From Candidatus Levyibacteriota bacterium (GTDB lineage Bacteria > Patescibacteriota > Microgenomatia > Levybacterales > UBA12049): 64,000 nt of DNA. Of the stretch, positions 1 through 8,516 are shown piece after piece (the first letter of the stretch is position 1; every line of letters begins with the position of its first letter). The DNA lies in NCBI GenBank assembly GCA_049519175.1, contig JBEKQZ010000001.1, positions 224,043 through 288,042 on the forward strand, read 5' to 3'. Both the position numbers and the translations under genes were made by a program. The notes under the pieces were generated by a model that did not search any database, was not told the DNA's origin, and saw only the letters and a program-made list of their open reading frames with translations.

Positions 1-16
1 TTTTAGCGCTTTTTGC

Positions 17-25
17 TGGTATAAT
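17..25 (+). promoter_or_regulatory. Extended -10 promoter element (TGgTATAAT)
   Basis: Perfect TATAAT with TGn, ending 17 nt upstream of the ATG at 43. Confidence 0.6.
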
Positions 26-42
26 TCAATTAAAGAAAAAAT

Positions 43-759
43 ATGCATAAGGTCTCGGAATTATCCATTTTCTTTCCGTTTTGGAACGAGCAGGAAAACA
101 TTGAAGCGGTTATTCAAAAAGCCATTCTGGTGGCGCAAAAAGTTACCGACAAGTGGGAAATAATCATAATTGATGATGGCTCCTCGGATAAAACTTTAGA
201 AATTGCAAAACAGCTGGCCAAACAAGAACCAAGGCTAATTGTTGTTTCTCATGAAAAAAATCGGGGTTATGGGGCGGCGCTTAAAACCGGTTTCGCAAAA
301 GCCAGATATGACTTGGTAGTTTTTAATGACGGTGACGGACAGTTTGACTTAGCGGAAATAACGAAATTTTTAGACAGAATTGAGAATGCGGATCTGGTAA
401 TCGGCTACCGAAAAAAAAGATTGGACAGTCCCTTAAGACACGTCTTGATGAATATGCTAAAAGTTTGGGATTTAGTTTTATTCGGATTTCACTTTAAAGA
501 TATCGATTGTGGTTTTAAGCTTTTCAAAAAAGAAGCCTTAAGTAAAATCTTGCCTTTTCAGTCGGAGGGCGCGATGATCACCACGGAAATTCTAGCAAAA
601 GCCAAAAGAGCACATCTCAAAATTGTGCAGGTTGAGGTAAATCATTATCCAAGAATCTATGGCAATCAAAGCGGTGGGAATTTAAGAGTGATAGTAAGAG
701 CGGTTAAGGAAAGTTTATCTCTTTGGAGAGATTTAAATTTTAATTATGGAAGAAATTGA
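43..759 (+). CDS. GT2 glycosyltransferase, Dpm1/polyprenol-phosphate sugar synthase-like
   Basis: FFPFWNEQ, IIDDGSSD, NRGYGAALKTG, DGDGQFD, DIDCGFKLF motifs. Confidence 0.9.
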   Translation: MHKVSELSIFFPFWNEQENIEAVIQKAILVAQKVTDKWEIIIIDDGSSDKTLEIAKQLAKQEPRLIVVSHEKNRGYGAALKTGFAKARYDLVVFNDGDGQFDLAEITKFLDRIENADLVIGYRKKRLDSPLRHVLMNMLKVWDLVLFGFHFKDIDCGFKLFKKEALSKILPFQSEGAMITTEILAKAKRAHLKIVQVEVNHYPRIYGNQSGGNLRVIVRAVKESLSLWRDLNFNYGRN

Positions 760-2200
760 CATTGCGGTAATTACCAAGCGTTCGATTCACGGCATTTTTG
801 CTTTGACCTCGCGAACTTTTGTCATACAAATAGTTAGTTTCCTGGCTAATTTTTTGCTGACTATTTTTTTGACACCCGCCATCTTCGGCGTTTATTTTGT
901 TGTTTCGGCCGCCATCGCTTTTCTTTCTTATTTTTCGGATATCGGTTTGGCGGCCGCACTAATCCAAAAGAAAGAAGCGATTACCAGGGATGATTTAATA
1001 ACCACTTTTACCTTACAGCAAATATTAGTAATTTCGGTTGTTGCAATTGCGCTTCTGTTGTCCAATTTTGTCGGTAACTTTTATCATTTAGGTCAGGATG
1101 GAGTTTTCCTATTCCAAGCTCTAGCGGTGGCTTTTTTCCTCTCTTCTTTAAAAACAATCCCTTCCATAATCCTAGAGCGGGATTTACATTTTGAAAAATT
1201 GGTCATTCCGCAAATCGTTGAAACTTTCTTTTTTAGCGTTGTCGCCGTTGTTTTGGCGATGAAAGGTTTTGGCATCTCCAGTTTTACCTACGCTGTTTTA
1301 GCCAGAGGGATTGCCGGAGTGATTGCAATTTACATCATCAACCCTTGGAAGCCGGGTCTTGGATTTTCCAAAGATTCCGCGCGAAAGCTATTGTCTTTTG
1401 GAATTCCCTTCCAGCTAAATAGTTTCTTGGCTTTAATAAAAGATGACTTATTTGTCGCTTACTTAGGTAGAGCCTTGCCGATAGCGCAAGTCGGTTTTAT
1501 TGGCTTTGCGCAAAAGTGGGCTTATGCGCCGCTAAGGTTAATTATGGATAACGTTATCAGAGTTACTTTTCCGTCTTTCTCAAGATTACAGCATGAAAAG
1601 GAAGTTTTGGAGAGGGCAATCGAAAAATCAATTTTTGCAGCCTGTTTTTTAATCTTCCCGGCGTTGGTCGGCTTAGTTTCGCTCTCTCCTTATTTTATTC
1701 ATTTAATTCCCAAATACCTTAAATGGGAACCCGCCATTTTATCTTTAGCGCTTTTTTCGATTAATGCCGCCTTATCTTCCATTTCCACTCCTTTAACCAA
1801 CGCGCTTAACGCCATCGGAAAAATAAAAGTCTCATTGTATTTAATGGTCGGTTGGACCATCGCCACTTGGGTTTTGACTCCTATTTTCATAGTTTTGTTT
1901 GGTTTTAATGGCGTTGCAGCGGCTTCCGCTTTAATTGCCTGCTCGGTAGTTTTGGTAATCTATCTAACGAAAAAATATGTTAAGTTTAATGTTTTTGCGG
2001 CCACAATGTATCCTTTTTTAGCCGCCGCAATAATGGGTGTTGCAATTTATTTCCTCAGTCCGATTCTAGTAAAAGGTTTAATCTCACTTGCTTTTATGAT
2101 TTGCCTAGGCGCTATGCTATACTTTCTATGCATTTTCCTTTTTGCGCGCAATGAAGTGCTTGCGGATGCCAGGATTGTCTTAAAACATTTAAGAAGATAG
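746..2200 (+). CDS. wzx: Wzx/MOP-family oligosaccharide flippase
   Basis: 484 aa polytopic protein; LTPAIFG, DIGLAAALIQKK, LLSFGIPF, VTFPSFSRLQ typical of the PST/Wzx family. Confidence 0.85.
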   Translation: MEEIDIAVITKRSIHGIFALTSRTFVIQIVSFLANFLLTIFLTPAIFGVYFVVSAAIAFLSYFSDIGLAAALIQKKEAITRDDLITTFTLQQILVISVVAIALLLSNFVGNFYHLGQDGVFLFQALAVAFFLSSLKTIPSIILERDLHFEKLVIPQIVETFFFSVVAVVLAMKGFGISSFTYAVLARGIAGVIAIYIINPWKPGLGFSKDSARKLLSFGIPFQLNSFLALIKDDLFVAYLGRALPIAQVGFIGFAQKWAYAPLRLIMDNVIRVTFPSFSRLQHEKEVLERAIEKSIFAACFLIFPALVGLVSLSPYFIHLIPKYLKWEPAILSLALFSINAALSSISTPLTNALNAIGKIKVSLYLMVGWTIATWVLTPIFIVLFGFNGVAAASALIACSVVLVIYLTKKYVKFNVFAATMYPFLAAAIMGVAIYFLSPILVKGLISLAFMICLGAMLYFLCIFLFARNEVLADARIVLKHLRR

Positions 2201-2201
2201 A

Positions 2202-3128
2202 ATGAGTAAAATTTCGGCCGTAATTTCGGCCTTCAACGAAGAAAAAAACATTGAGAGATGTCTTAAATCTTTGTCCTTTGCGGATGAAATCATAGTTGTG
2301 GATAACAGCTCTTCTGACAAAACTGCCGAGATTGCCCAAAAATATACCTCTAAAGTCTTTACGCAAAAAAATAATCCGGCAGAAATTGACCTGCAAAAGA
2401 ATTTTGGGTTTGAAAAAGCCACCAATGAGTGGATATTAAGCATCGATGCCGACGAGGAAGTTTCTCCGGCACTGGCGGAAGAAATAAAGAATATTCTAAA
2501 AACAAAACCATCAAGCATTGCGAATATAAACGGATTCTTGATTCCGAGAAAAAATTATATGTTTGGGAAGTGGATAAAAGAAAATACTGGTTGGTATCCG
2601 GATTATCAACTAAGGTTTTTTCGGAAAGGCAAGGGAAAATACAAAAACAAAGCTGTTCACAAAGATTTATCAATAGAGGGGGAGACGGAAAAACTTAAAG
2701 AACATATAATTCACCATAATTACGATTCAATAGAACAATACGTTAAAAAAATTCTCATTTATGCTCCGAATGAAGCAGAAGAATATTTACGTGGCGACTA
2801 TAAATTCTCATATTTTGACGTAATCCGTTTTCCGCTAAATGATTTTATGGCTTGGTTTTTTGCCAGGAAAGGATATAAAGACGGTTTCTATGGATTAGTG
2901 CTCGCTCTTATGCAAGCTTTTTATCATTTCCTAGTTTTCGCGTTCATCTGGGAGAAGCAAGGATTCAAAGACTATGACAAAGAGGATTTCTTAAAAGATA
3001 CAGAGAATGAATTCAAAAAATCAGGCCAGGAAATTTTATATTGGATTTCCAAAGAAAAGTTGGAGAATATCAAGAATCCAATTCAACGTCATCTGCAAAG
3101 AGTTTCAGACAAACTCCACGGAATGTAA
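2202..3128 (+). CDS. GT2 glycosyltransferase (WaaE/KdtX beta-glucosyltransferase-like) with C-terminal extension
   Basis: SAFNEEKNIERCL, WILSIDADEEVS, WYPDYQLRFF, GYKDGFYG motifs. Confidence 0.88.
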   Translation: MSKISAVISAFNEEKNIERCLKSLSFADEIIVVDNSSSDKTAEIAQKYTSKVFTQKNNPAEIDLQKNFGFEKATNEWILSIDADEEVSPALAEEIKNILKTKPSSIANINGFLIPRKNYMFGKWIKENTGWYPDYQLRFFRKGKGKYKNKAVHKDLSIEGETEKLKEHIIHHNYDSIEQYVKKILIYAPNEAEEYLRGDYKFSYFDVIRFPLNDFMAWFFARKGYKDGFYGLVLALMQAFYHFLVFAFIWEKQGFKDYDKEDFLKDTENEFKKSGQEILYWISKEKLENIKNPIQRHLQRVSDKLHGM

Positions 3129-3130
3129 TT

Positions 3131-4045
3131 ATGACGAAAGTTTTTGTCACACTTATCAATTACAATAGTAATCAAGCTACTTCTGATTGTCTTCACTCTT
3201 TGGAAGAAATAAATACTGCGGATTTTGTTCTAAGTGTGGTTGTGATTGATAATGCTTCAACGGAAAAGTTCACGAAAGATAAAAAATATCAAAAACTAAA
3301 TTTAAAAATAATCAGAAGCGAAAAGAATTTAGGGTTTGCGGGCGGACAAAATTTAGGAATAAAGTTTGCTCTAGATAATGGCGCGGATTATGTTGTTGTT
3401 TTGAATGACGACGTTATTTTGGATAAAGATTTAATCGTTGAACTTTTAAAAACTTTTGAAACAAATAAAGATTGTGGAATGGTTTCCCCAAAAATCTATT
3501 TTGCCAAAGGTTACGAGTTTCATAAAGATAGATATCAACAAAATGAACTTGGTAAAGTCATTTGGTATGCTGGCGGAAAAATTGATTGGCAAAATGTAAT
3601 TGCATCACATCGTGGCGTTGATGAAGTTGATAAAGGGCAATATGAAAAAGTGGCAGAAACGGATTTTGCCAGCGGCTGCTGCGAGATGATCAAGCGGAAA
3701 GTGCTTGAAAAGATTGGGCTTTTTGACGAAAGATATTTTTTATACTATGAAGACAATGATCTAAGTCAGCGGGCGAAAGCTTACAACTTCAAAATTCTCT
3801 ATCAGCCAAAAGCGATTATGTGGCACTTGAATGCCGGTTCCACCGGCGGCTCCGGGTCAACGCTTCACGATTATTACATCACCAGAAATAGATTGTTGTT
3901 CGGATTCAAATACTCTTCGTTAAGAACAAAACTGGCGCTTAGTAAAGAAAGTTTCAGAGATATTTTATCCGGAAGACCCTGGCAAAAAAAAGGAGCATTA
4001 GATTTTTATTTAAGAAAATTTGGGAAAGGAAGTTATCATGAATAA
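3131..4045 (+). CDS. GT2 glycosyltransferase (rhamnosyltransferase/WbbL-like)
   Basis: Start moved to ATG 3131 (MTKVFV); NLGFAGGQN, LNDD, FDERYFLYYEDNDLS, YYITRNR. Confidence 0.88.
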   Translation: MTKVFVTLINYNSNQATSDCLHSLEEINTADFVLSVVVIDNASTEKFTKDKKYQKLNLKIIRSEKNLGFAGGQNLGIKFALDNGADYVVVLNDDVILDKDLIVELLKTFETNKDCGMVSPKIYFAKGYEFHKDRYQQNELGKVIWYAGGKIDWQNVIASHRGVDEVDKGQYEKVAETDFASGCCEMIKRKVLEKIGLFDERYFLYYEDNDLSQRAKAYNFKILYQPKAIMWHLNAGSTGGSGSTLHDYYITRNRLLFGFKYSSLRTKLALSKESFRDILSGRPWQKKGALDFYLRKFGKGSYHE

Positions 4046-4814
4046 AATTTCGGCCATCATCATTGCCAGAAACGAAGAGAAAATGATTGAAGAGGCTTTA
4101 GACAGTCTAGCTTTTTGCGACGAAATTATCGTTGTGGATAATGGTTCAGTAGATAAAACGAAAGAAATTGTCGAGAAAAAAGGTGCTAAAATTTATGAGA
4201 TAAGAACGAACGACTTTTCAGAACTGCGAAATTTCGGTTTGAGTAAAGCAGAAAATAACTGGATTTTATATCTGGATGCAGATGAAAGAATTGACGACGA
4301 ACTCAGAAATTCAATCAAAGATACTATTTCGACAGATACCCGATATGCGGCATTTTTCTTAAAAAGGAAAAATTTTTATTTTGGCAAACACGAATGGCCA
4401 AAGATAGAAAGATTGGAGAGGCTATTCAGAAAAGAAAAGTTAAAACAGTGGAAGGGAACCTTGCACGAAAGTCCGGTTGTTGACGGCGAAATAGGCAGGA
4501 TTGACAAAGGACTAATTTTGCATTTTACTCATCGCGACTTAGAAAGTATGCTAAGCAAAACCAATGAATGGTCGGCTAAGGAAGCACTTCTAAGATATAA
4601 CAGCGGGCATCCTAAAATGACCTGGTGGAGGTTTCCCCGGGTAATGCTGACGGCTTTCTTGGATTCTTACATTAAGCAGGGTGGATATAAAGCGGGAGTT
4701 ACTGGCGTTGTGGAAAGTATGTATCAAGCGTTTAGTATGTTTGTCACTTATGCCAAACTTTGGGAATTGCAAAGTAAAATTGAAAGTAAAAAATTAGGAA
4801 TAAAAAAGCTATGA
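4038..4814 (+). CDS. GT2 glycosyltransferase (WaaE/KdtX-like)
   Basis: ATG at 4038; IIARNEE, VVDNGSVD, DFSELRN, LYLDADER, LHE motifs. Confidence 0.88.
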   Translation: MNKISAIIIARNEEKMIEEALDSLAFCDEIIVVDNGSVDKTKEIVEKKGAKIYEIRTNDFSELRNFGLSKAENNWILYLDADERIDDELRNSIKDTISTDTRYAAFFLKRKNFYFGKHEWPKIERLERLFRKEKLKQWKGTLHESPVVDGEIGRIDKGLILHFTHRDLESMLSKTNEWSAKEALLRYNSGHPKMTWWRFPRVMLTAFLDSYIKQGGYKAGVTGVVESMYQAFSMFVTYAKLWELQSKIESKKLGIKKL

Positions 4815-7156
4815 TGAGATTAATACAACGCTTTTGGCCCGTTGTCCTAATTATCGCAGTTTGGTTTATCTTTGCGTCGCCATATTTCATTCAGCACAAA
4901 GTCCCTTTCTCGTCAACTTATCTGGTAAATTTTTTTTCTCCGTGGAATGCTTATCAGGGATTTGCGTCACCAGTCAAAAACAACGCCATGCCGGATGTAA
5001 TATCACAAATCTATCCTTGGAAAACTTTAACAATAGAAGCGCTTAAGCATTTACAAATTCCCCTGTGGAATCCTTACGGTTTTTCGGGAACACCACTACT
5101 GGCAAATTATCAATCAGCGGTTTTGTCGCCGTTTAACTTATTGTTTTTTATCCTGCCGTTTATTGACGCTTGGAGTTTATTAGTATTGTTGCAACCCTTA
5201 CTGGCTGGGATTTTTACTTATTTTTTCTTACGGACGTTAAGAATAAGTAAGGAGGGCGCCGTGATTAGTTCTTTGGGTTTTATGTTTTGCGGTTTCCTTA
5301 CAACTTGGATGGCTTATGCAACGCTTGGCTACGCCATTTTATTTTTACCTTTGGCTTTATTTGCAATCGAAAAATTTTACCAAACACAAAAGAACCGGTT
5401 TTTGGTGCTGCTTGCTTTTTCTTTGCCACTGTCTTTTTTCAGCGGACATTTTCAAATCAGTATTTATTTTTTTCTATTCGTAATCGCCTATCAACTTTTT
5501 AAATTCTGGCAGGTAAAAAACCTTAAAAATGCTCTTGTTCTTCTTTTCTATACATTCGTTGGTATTCTATTATCGCTTCCTCAGCTACTCCCTTCAGTAG
5601 AGGCATACACACAATCTTTAAGAAGTGGTATCTTTGAAAAGGCGGAAGTCATTCCTTGGGGCTATCTGTTGACTTTTCTGGCGCCCGACTTTTTAGGAAA
5701 TCCTGTCACCAGAAATGATTGGTTCGGGCACTACGCGGAATGGAATGCTTACGTTGGCGTGATTCCTCTCATTTTGGGATGCTTCGCGCTTTTTAGGGTC
5801 AGAAAAAAGGAAATTTTGTTTTTCGGGCTAATGGCACTACTGGCAATTCTTTTCTCTTTTCAAACCCCGCTTTTAGATTTACTGGTAGTTCTTAAGATCC
5901 CGGTTTTGTCAACCAGTGCTCTTAGTCGGATAATTGTATTGTTTAGCTTTTCTGTAGCTGTTTTGGCCGGGTATGGATTTGAACAATTACTTTTTGACAT
6001 TAGACAAAAAAACATCAGACCTATTTATTTACTACTTACTTTCTTCGTTATGATATTTGCGGTTTTTTGGGGAGTAATTCTTCTGAAACTAATTATACCT
6101 TTAGATAGAATAGTAATCGCTAAACAAAATCTGATTCTTCCGACGGTCTTGTTCTTCATTTTTTGGGTACTGGTCACGTCTTCATTGTTGGTGGTTCATC
6201 TAAAAAAAGGATTTTTCCTTAAAATTTTACCGCTGGCGTTAATCTTGGTTGTGGCTTTCGATTTGTTAAGGTTTTCTGGCAAATGGATGCCGTTTGACCC
6301 AAGAAGTTTAATGTATCCTAATATTCCGATTGCTCAAGAGCTAAATAAAATTTCGGGTTTTGATAGAGTGATGAGTAATATCGGCGGAGAAGGCACGCTT
6401 TATTACCGTTTACCGTCACTTGAAGGATATGACGCGGTTTACATAAAAAGATATGGAGAGTTTATTGCCTCCTTGAGTAACGGAAAGCTTGCGGAATCGG
6501 CAAGGTCGGTAGTCAGTTTTCCCAAAAACGGTTTATATACAAAACAAGCGATTAATTTATTGGGAGTAAAATATATCGTTAATAAAGTCGCTGATGGGCA
6601 TTCGGTTTGGAATTTTCCTTTTTGGACCTATCCGGCCGGCACGTTTTTAACTATTTATAATGACGGCATCTATCAAGTTTTTGAGAATAAAGATGTTTTC
6701 CCCAGAGCGTTCCTGGTCAATCAATATGCTGTTGTCAGTAATCCGCAGAAAATTTTAGACACAATGTTTGGTTTACATTTTGATTTAAGACAAGCAGTTG
6801 TTTTGGAACAAAATCCAAAGCTCAAACTGAGCGGACAAGGGACAGCACATATTAGTAGCTATGCTTCCGGAAAAATTTCAATTGAAACAAATTCCAGTGG
6901 AAATAATCTTTTATTCCTTTCGGATACTGATTATCCCGGTTGGCAAGCTTATGTCGATGGACGCCCAACATCAATTTACCGGGCCGATTTTGCTTTCCGG
7001 GCTATTTATGTTCCGTCAGGCATACATCAAGTCGAGTTTATTTATAATCCGTTGAGTTTCAATTTGAGTGTTCTAGCGACGGTTTTTGGGTTAATACTGA
7101 TGGCAGTTTTTACGGTTATTCTTAAAAGAAGCCCTATTTTTTCTCCCAAAATTTGA
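4811..7156 (+). CDS. YfhO-like GT-C membrane glycosyltransferase
   Basis: PLWNPYGFSGTPLLANYQSA, many TM segments, C-terminal LSDTDYPGWQAYVDG...FRAIYVPSGIHQVEFIY. Confidence 0.8.
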   Translation: MMRLIQRFWPVVLIIAVWFIFASPYFIQHKVPFSSTYLVNFFSPWNAYQGFASPVKNNAMPDVISQIYPWKTLTIEALKHLQIPLWNPYGFSGTPLLANYQSAVLSPFNLLFFILPFIDAWSLLVLLQPLLAGIFTYFFLRTLRISKEGAVISSLGFMFCGFLTTWMAYATLGYAILFLPLALFAIEKFYQTQKNRFLVLLAFSLPLSFFSGHFQISIYFFLFVIAYQLFKFWQVKNLKNALVLLFYTFVGILLSLPQLLPSVEAYTQSLRSGIFEKAEVIPWGYLLTFLAPDFLGNPVTRNDWFGHYAEWNAYVGVIPLILGCFALFRVRKKEILFFGLMALLAILFSFQTPLLDLLVVLKIPVLSTSALSRIIVLFSFSVAVLAGYGFEQLLFDIRQKNIRPIYLLLTFFVMIFAVFWGVILLKLIIPLDRIVIAKQNLILPTVLFFIFWVLVTSSLLVVHLKKGFFLKILPLALILVVAFDLLRFSGKWMPFDPRSLMYPNIPIAQELNKISGFDRVMSNIGGEGTLYYRLPSLEGYDAVYIKRYGEFIASLSNGKLAESARSVVSFPKNGLYTKQAINLLGVKYIVNKVADGHSVWNFPFWTYPAGTFLTIYNDGIYQVFENKDVFPRAFLVNQYAVVSNPQKILDTMFGLHFDLRQAVVLEQNPKLKLSGQGTAHISSYASGKISIETNSSGNNLLFLSDTDYPGWQAYVDGRPTSIYRADFAFRAIYVPSGIHQVEFIYNPLSFNLSVLATVFGLILMAVFTVILKRSPIFSPKI

Positions 7157-7370
7157 GTTCTTCCAATTTCATTTTTTTCGTAGCAAAAAAGAAAAGATAA
7201 ACAATTTCCAAAATTCCCACGGTATTTAAGATCAGAATTCCGACAAACCAATTCCTTTGTTTAAGCTGAGCGGCTCTCCAAAGAGCAAGTCCTTTCCAAA
7301 GCAAAGACCAAAGATAAAGAATGAAAAATAACCACATTTGGTTTTGGCCGATGGCGCTAAAAAGATTCAT
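7134..7370 (-). CDS. Small membrane protein, DUF5652-like
   Basis: WSLLWKGLALWRAAQ..Q.NWF..ILILNTVGILEIVYLFFF signature; own -10 box 7 nt upstream. Confidence 0.75.
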   Translation of the reverse strand: MNLFSAIGQNQMWLFFILYLWSLLWKGLALWRAAQLKQRNWFVGILILNTVGILEIVYLFFFATKKMKLEELKFWEKK

Positions 7371-7377
7371 TGCTTAA

Positions 7378-7430
7378 ATTATAGCTTGCTATAGTCCATA
7401 AATGCAACTGGTTTGAAAACTTGCTAGAAT
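7378..7430. promoter_or_regulatory. Divergent promoter region
   Basis: Minus-strand TATAAT (7383-7378) 7 nt before the start at 7370; plus-strand TGcTATAGT (7387-7395) and TGcTAGAAT (7422-7430), the latter 6 nt before ATG 7437. Confidence 0.6.
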
Positions 7431-7436
7431 AGAAGT

Positions 7437-8516
7437 ATGAGAATCGGGATATTTGATCCTTATCTAGATTCACTCGTCGGTGGAGAAAAATACATGCTGA
7501 CCGCGGCCTGGTATTTATCCCAAAAACACGAAGTGTCTGTTTTTTGGGATCAAAAAGATATATTGGAAAAGGGCGCCGAAAAATTCAACCTTGATTTATC
7601 TAAAATAAAAATGACCTGTAACATTTTTTCCGCAAAAACACCTTTTTATAAAAAATATCTTGCCAGCAAAAAGTATGATGCAATCCTTTTTTTAAGCGAC
7701 GGTAGTTTGCCAATCATTGGTACTAAATTATACGTACATTTTCAATTTCCGATTGAATGGGTTAATCCAAGTAGTCTTTTAAGCAACTTTAAAAAAAAGC
7801 GTATTAAAAAAATAATTTGTAACTCATATTTCACAAAGTCTTTTATCGATAAAAAATTTAATGTAGACAGCGAAATTTTATATCCGCCGACCTATTTTAA
7901 AAAAGATTTTCCAAAAGTGGAGTTGAAGCAGAAAAAAAATCAAATTCTTAACGTCGGAAGACTTTCTGTTTTTCCCGACGGCGGGTTATTTAAAAAACAG
8001 GATTTTTTGATTAAAGCTTTTAAAGAAATCGTTGACAGCGGCGTTAAAAATTGGGAGTTAATTCTAGTAGTCAGTTATCTGGAGAGAGATAAAGAAGTTC
8101 TGGAAAATTTAAAGAAACAAATTAAAGGTTACCCGATTAAAATTCTAGCCAATATCAGTTTTGCGCAGTTGAATCAGGTTTATGCCGCAAGTAAAATTTA
8201 TTGGCACGCTTCCGGTTTTGGAGAAGACTTAAAGACTCATCCCGAAAGAGCGGAGCATTTTGGCATTACAACGATCGAAGCGATGATGAATGGAATTGTG
8301 CCGGTTGTTATCAACGCTGGCGGGCAAAAAGAAATTGTTCAAGACTCGCAAGATGGGTTTTTGTTCGAAAATGAGAAGGAGTTAATTGCCAAAACGATAA
8401 AATTAATTAAAGATGATTCTTTATGCTCAAAAATGGCGAAAAGTGCTAGAGAAAAAGCGGAAGAATTCTCAACGGATAGATTTTGCGAAAAGCTGGAAGC
8501 AATTTTTAGCAAATGA
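7437..8516 (+). CDS. GT4 glycosyltransferase
   Basis: GGEKY near the N-terminus, ILNVGR, KKQD, EHFGITTIEAM (EX7E), GGQKEIV. Confidence 0.9.
   Translation: MRIGIFDPYLDSLVGGEKYMLTAAWYLSQKHEVSVFWDQKDILEKGAEKFNLDLSKIKMTCNIFSAKTPFYKKYLASKKYDAILFLSDGSLPIIGTKLYVHFQFPIEWVNPSSLLSNFKKKRIKKIICNSYFTKSFIDKKFNVDSEILYPPTYFKKDFPKVELKQKKNQILNVGRLSVFPDGGLFKKQDFLIKAFKEIVDSGVKNWELILVVSYLERDKEVLENLKKQIKGYPIKILANISFAQLNQVYAASKIYWHASGFGEDLKTHPERAEHFGITTIEAMMNGIVPVVINAGGQKEIVQDSQDGFLFENEKELIAKTIKLIKDDSLCSKMAKSAREKAEEFSTDRFCEKLEAIFSK

Noticed and set aside
4768-4797. AAAGTAAAA repeated near the end of the 4038 gene
   Set aside because: Only two copies in A-rich, lysine-coding sequence; compatible with chance.
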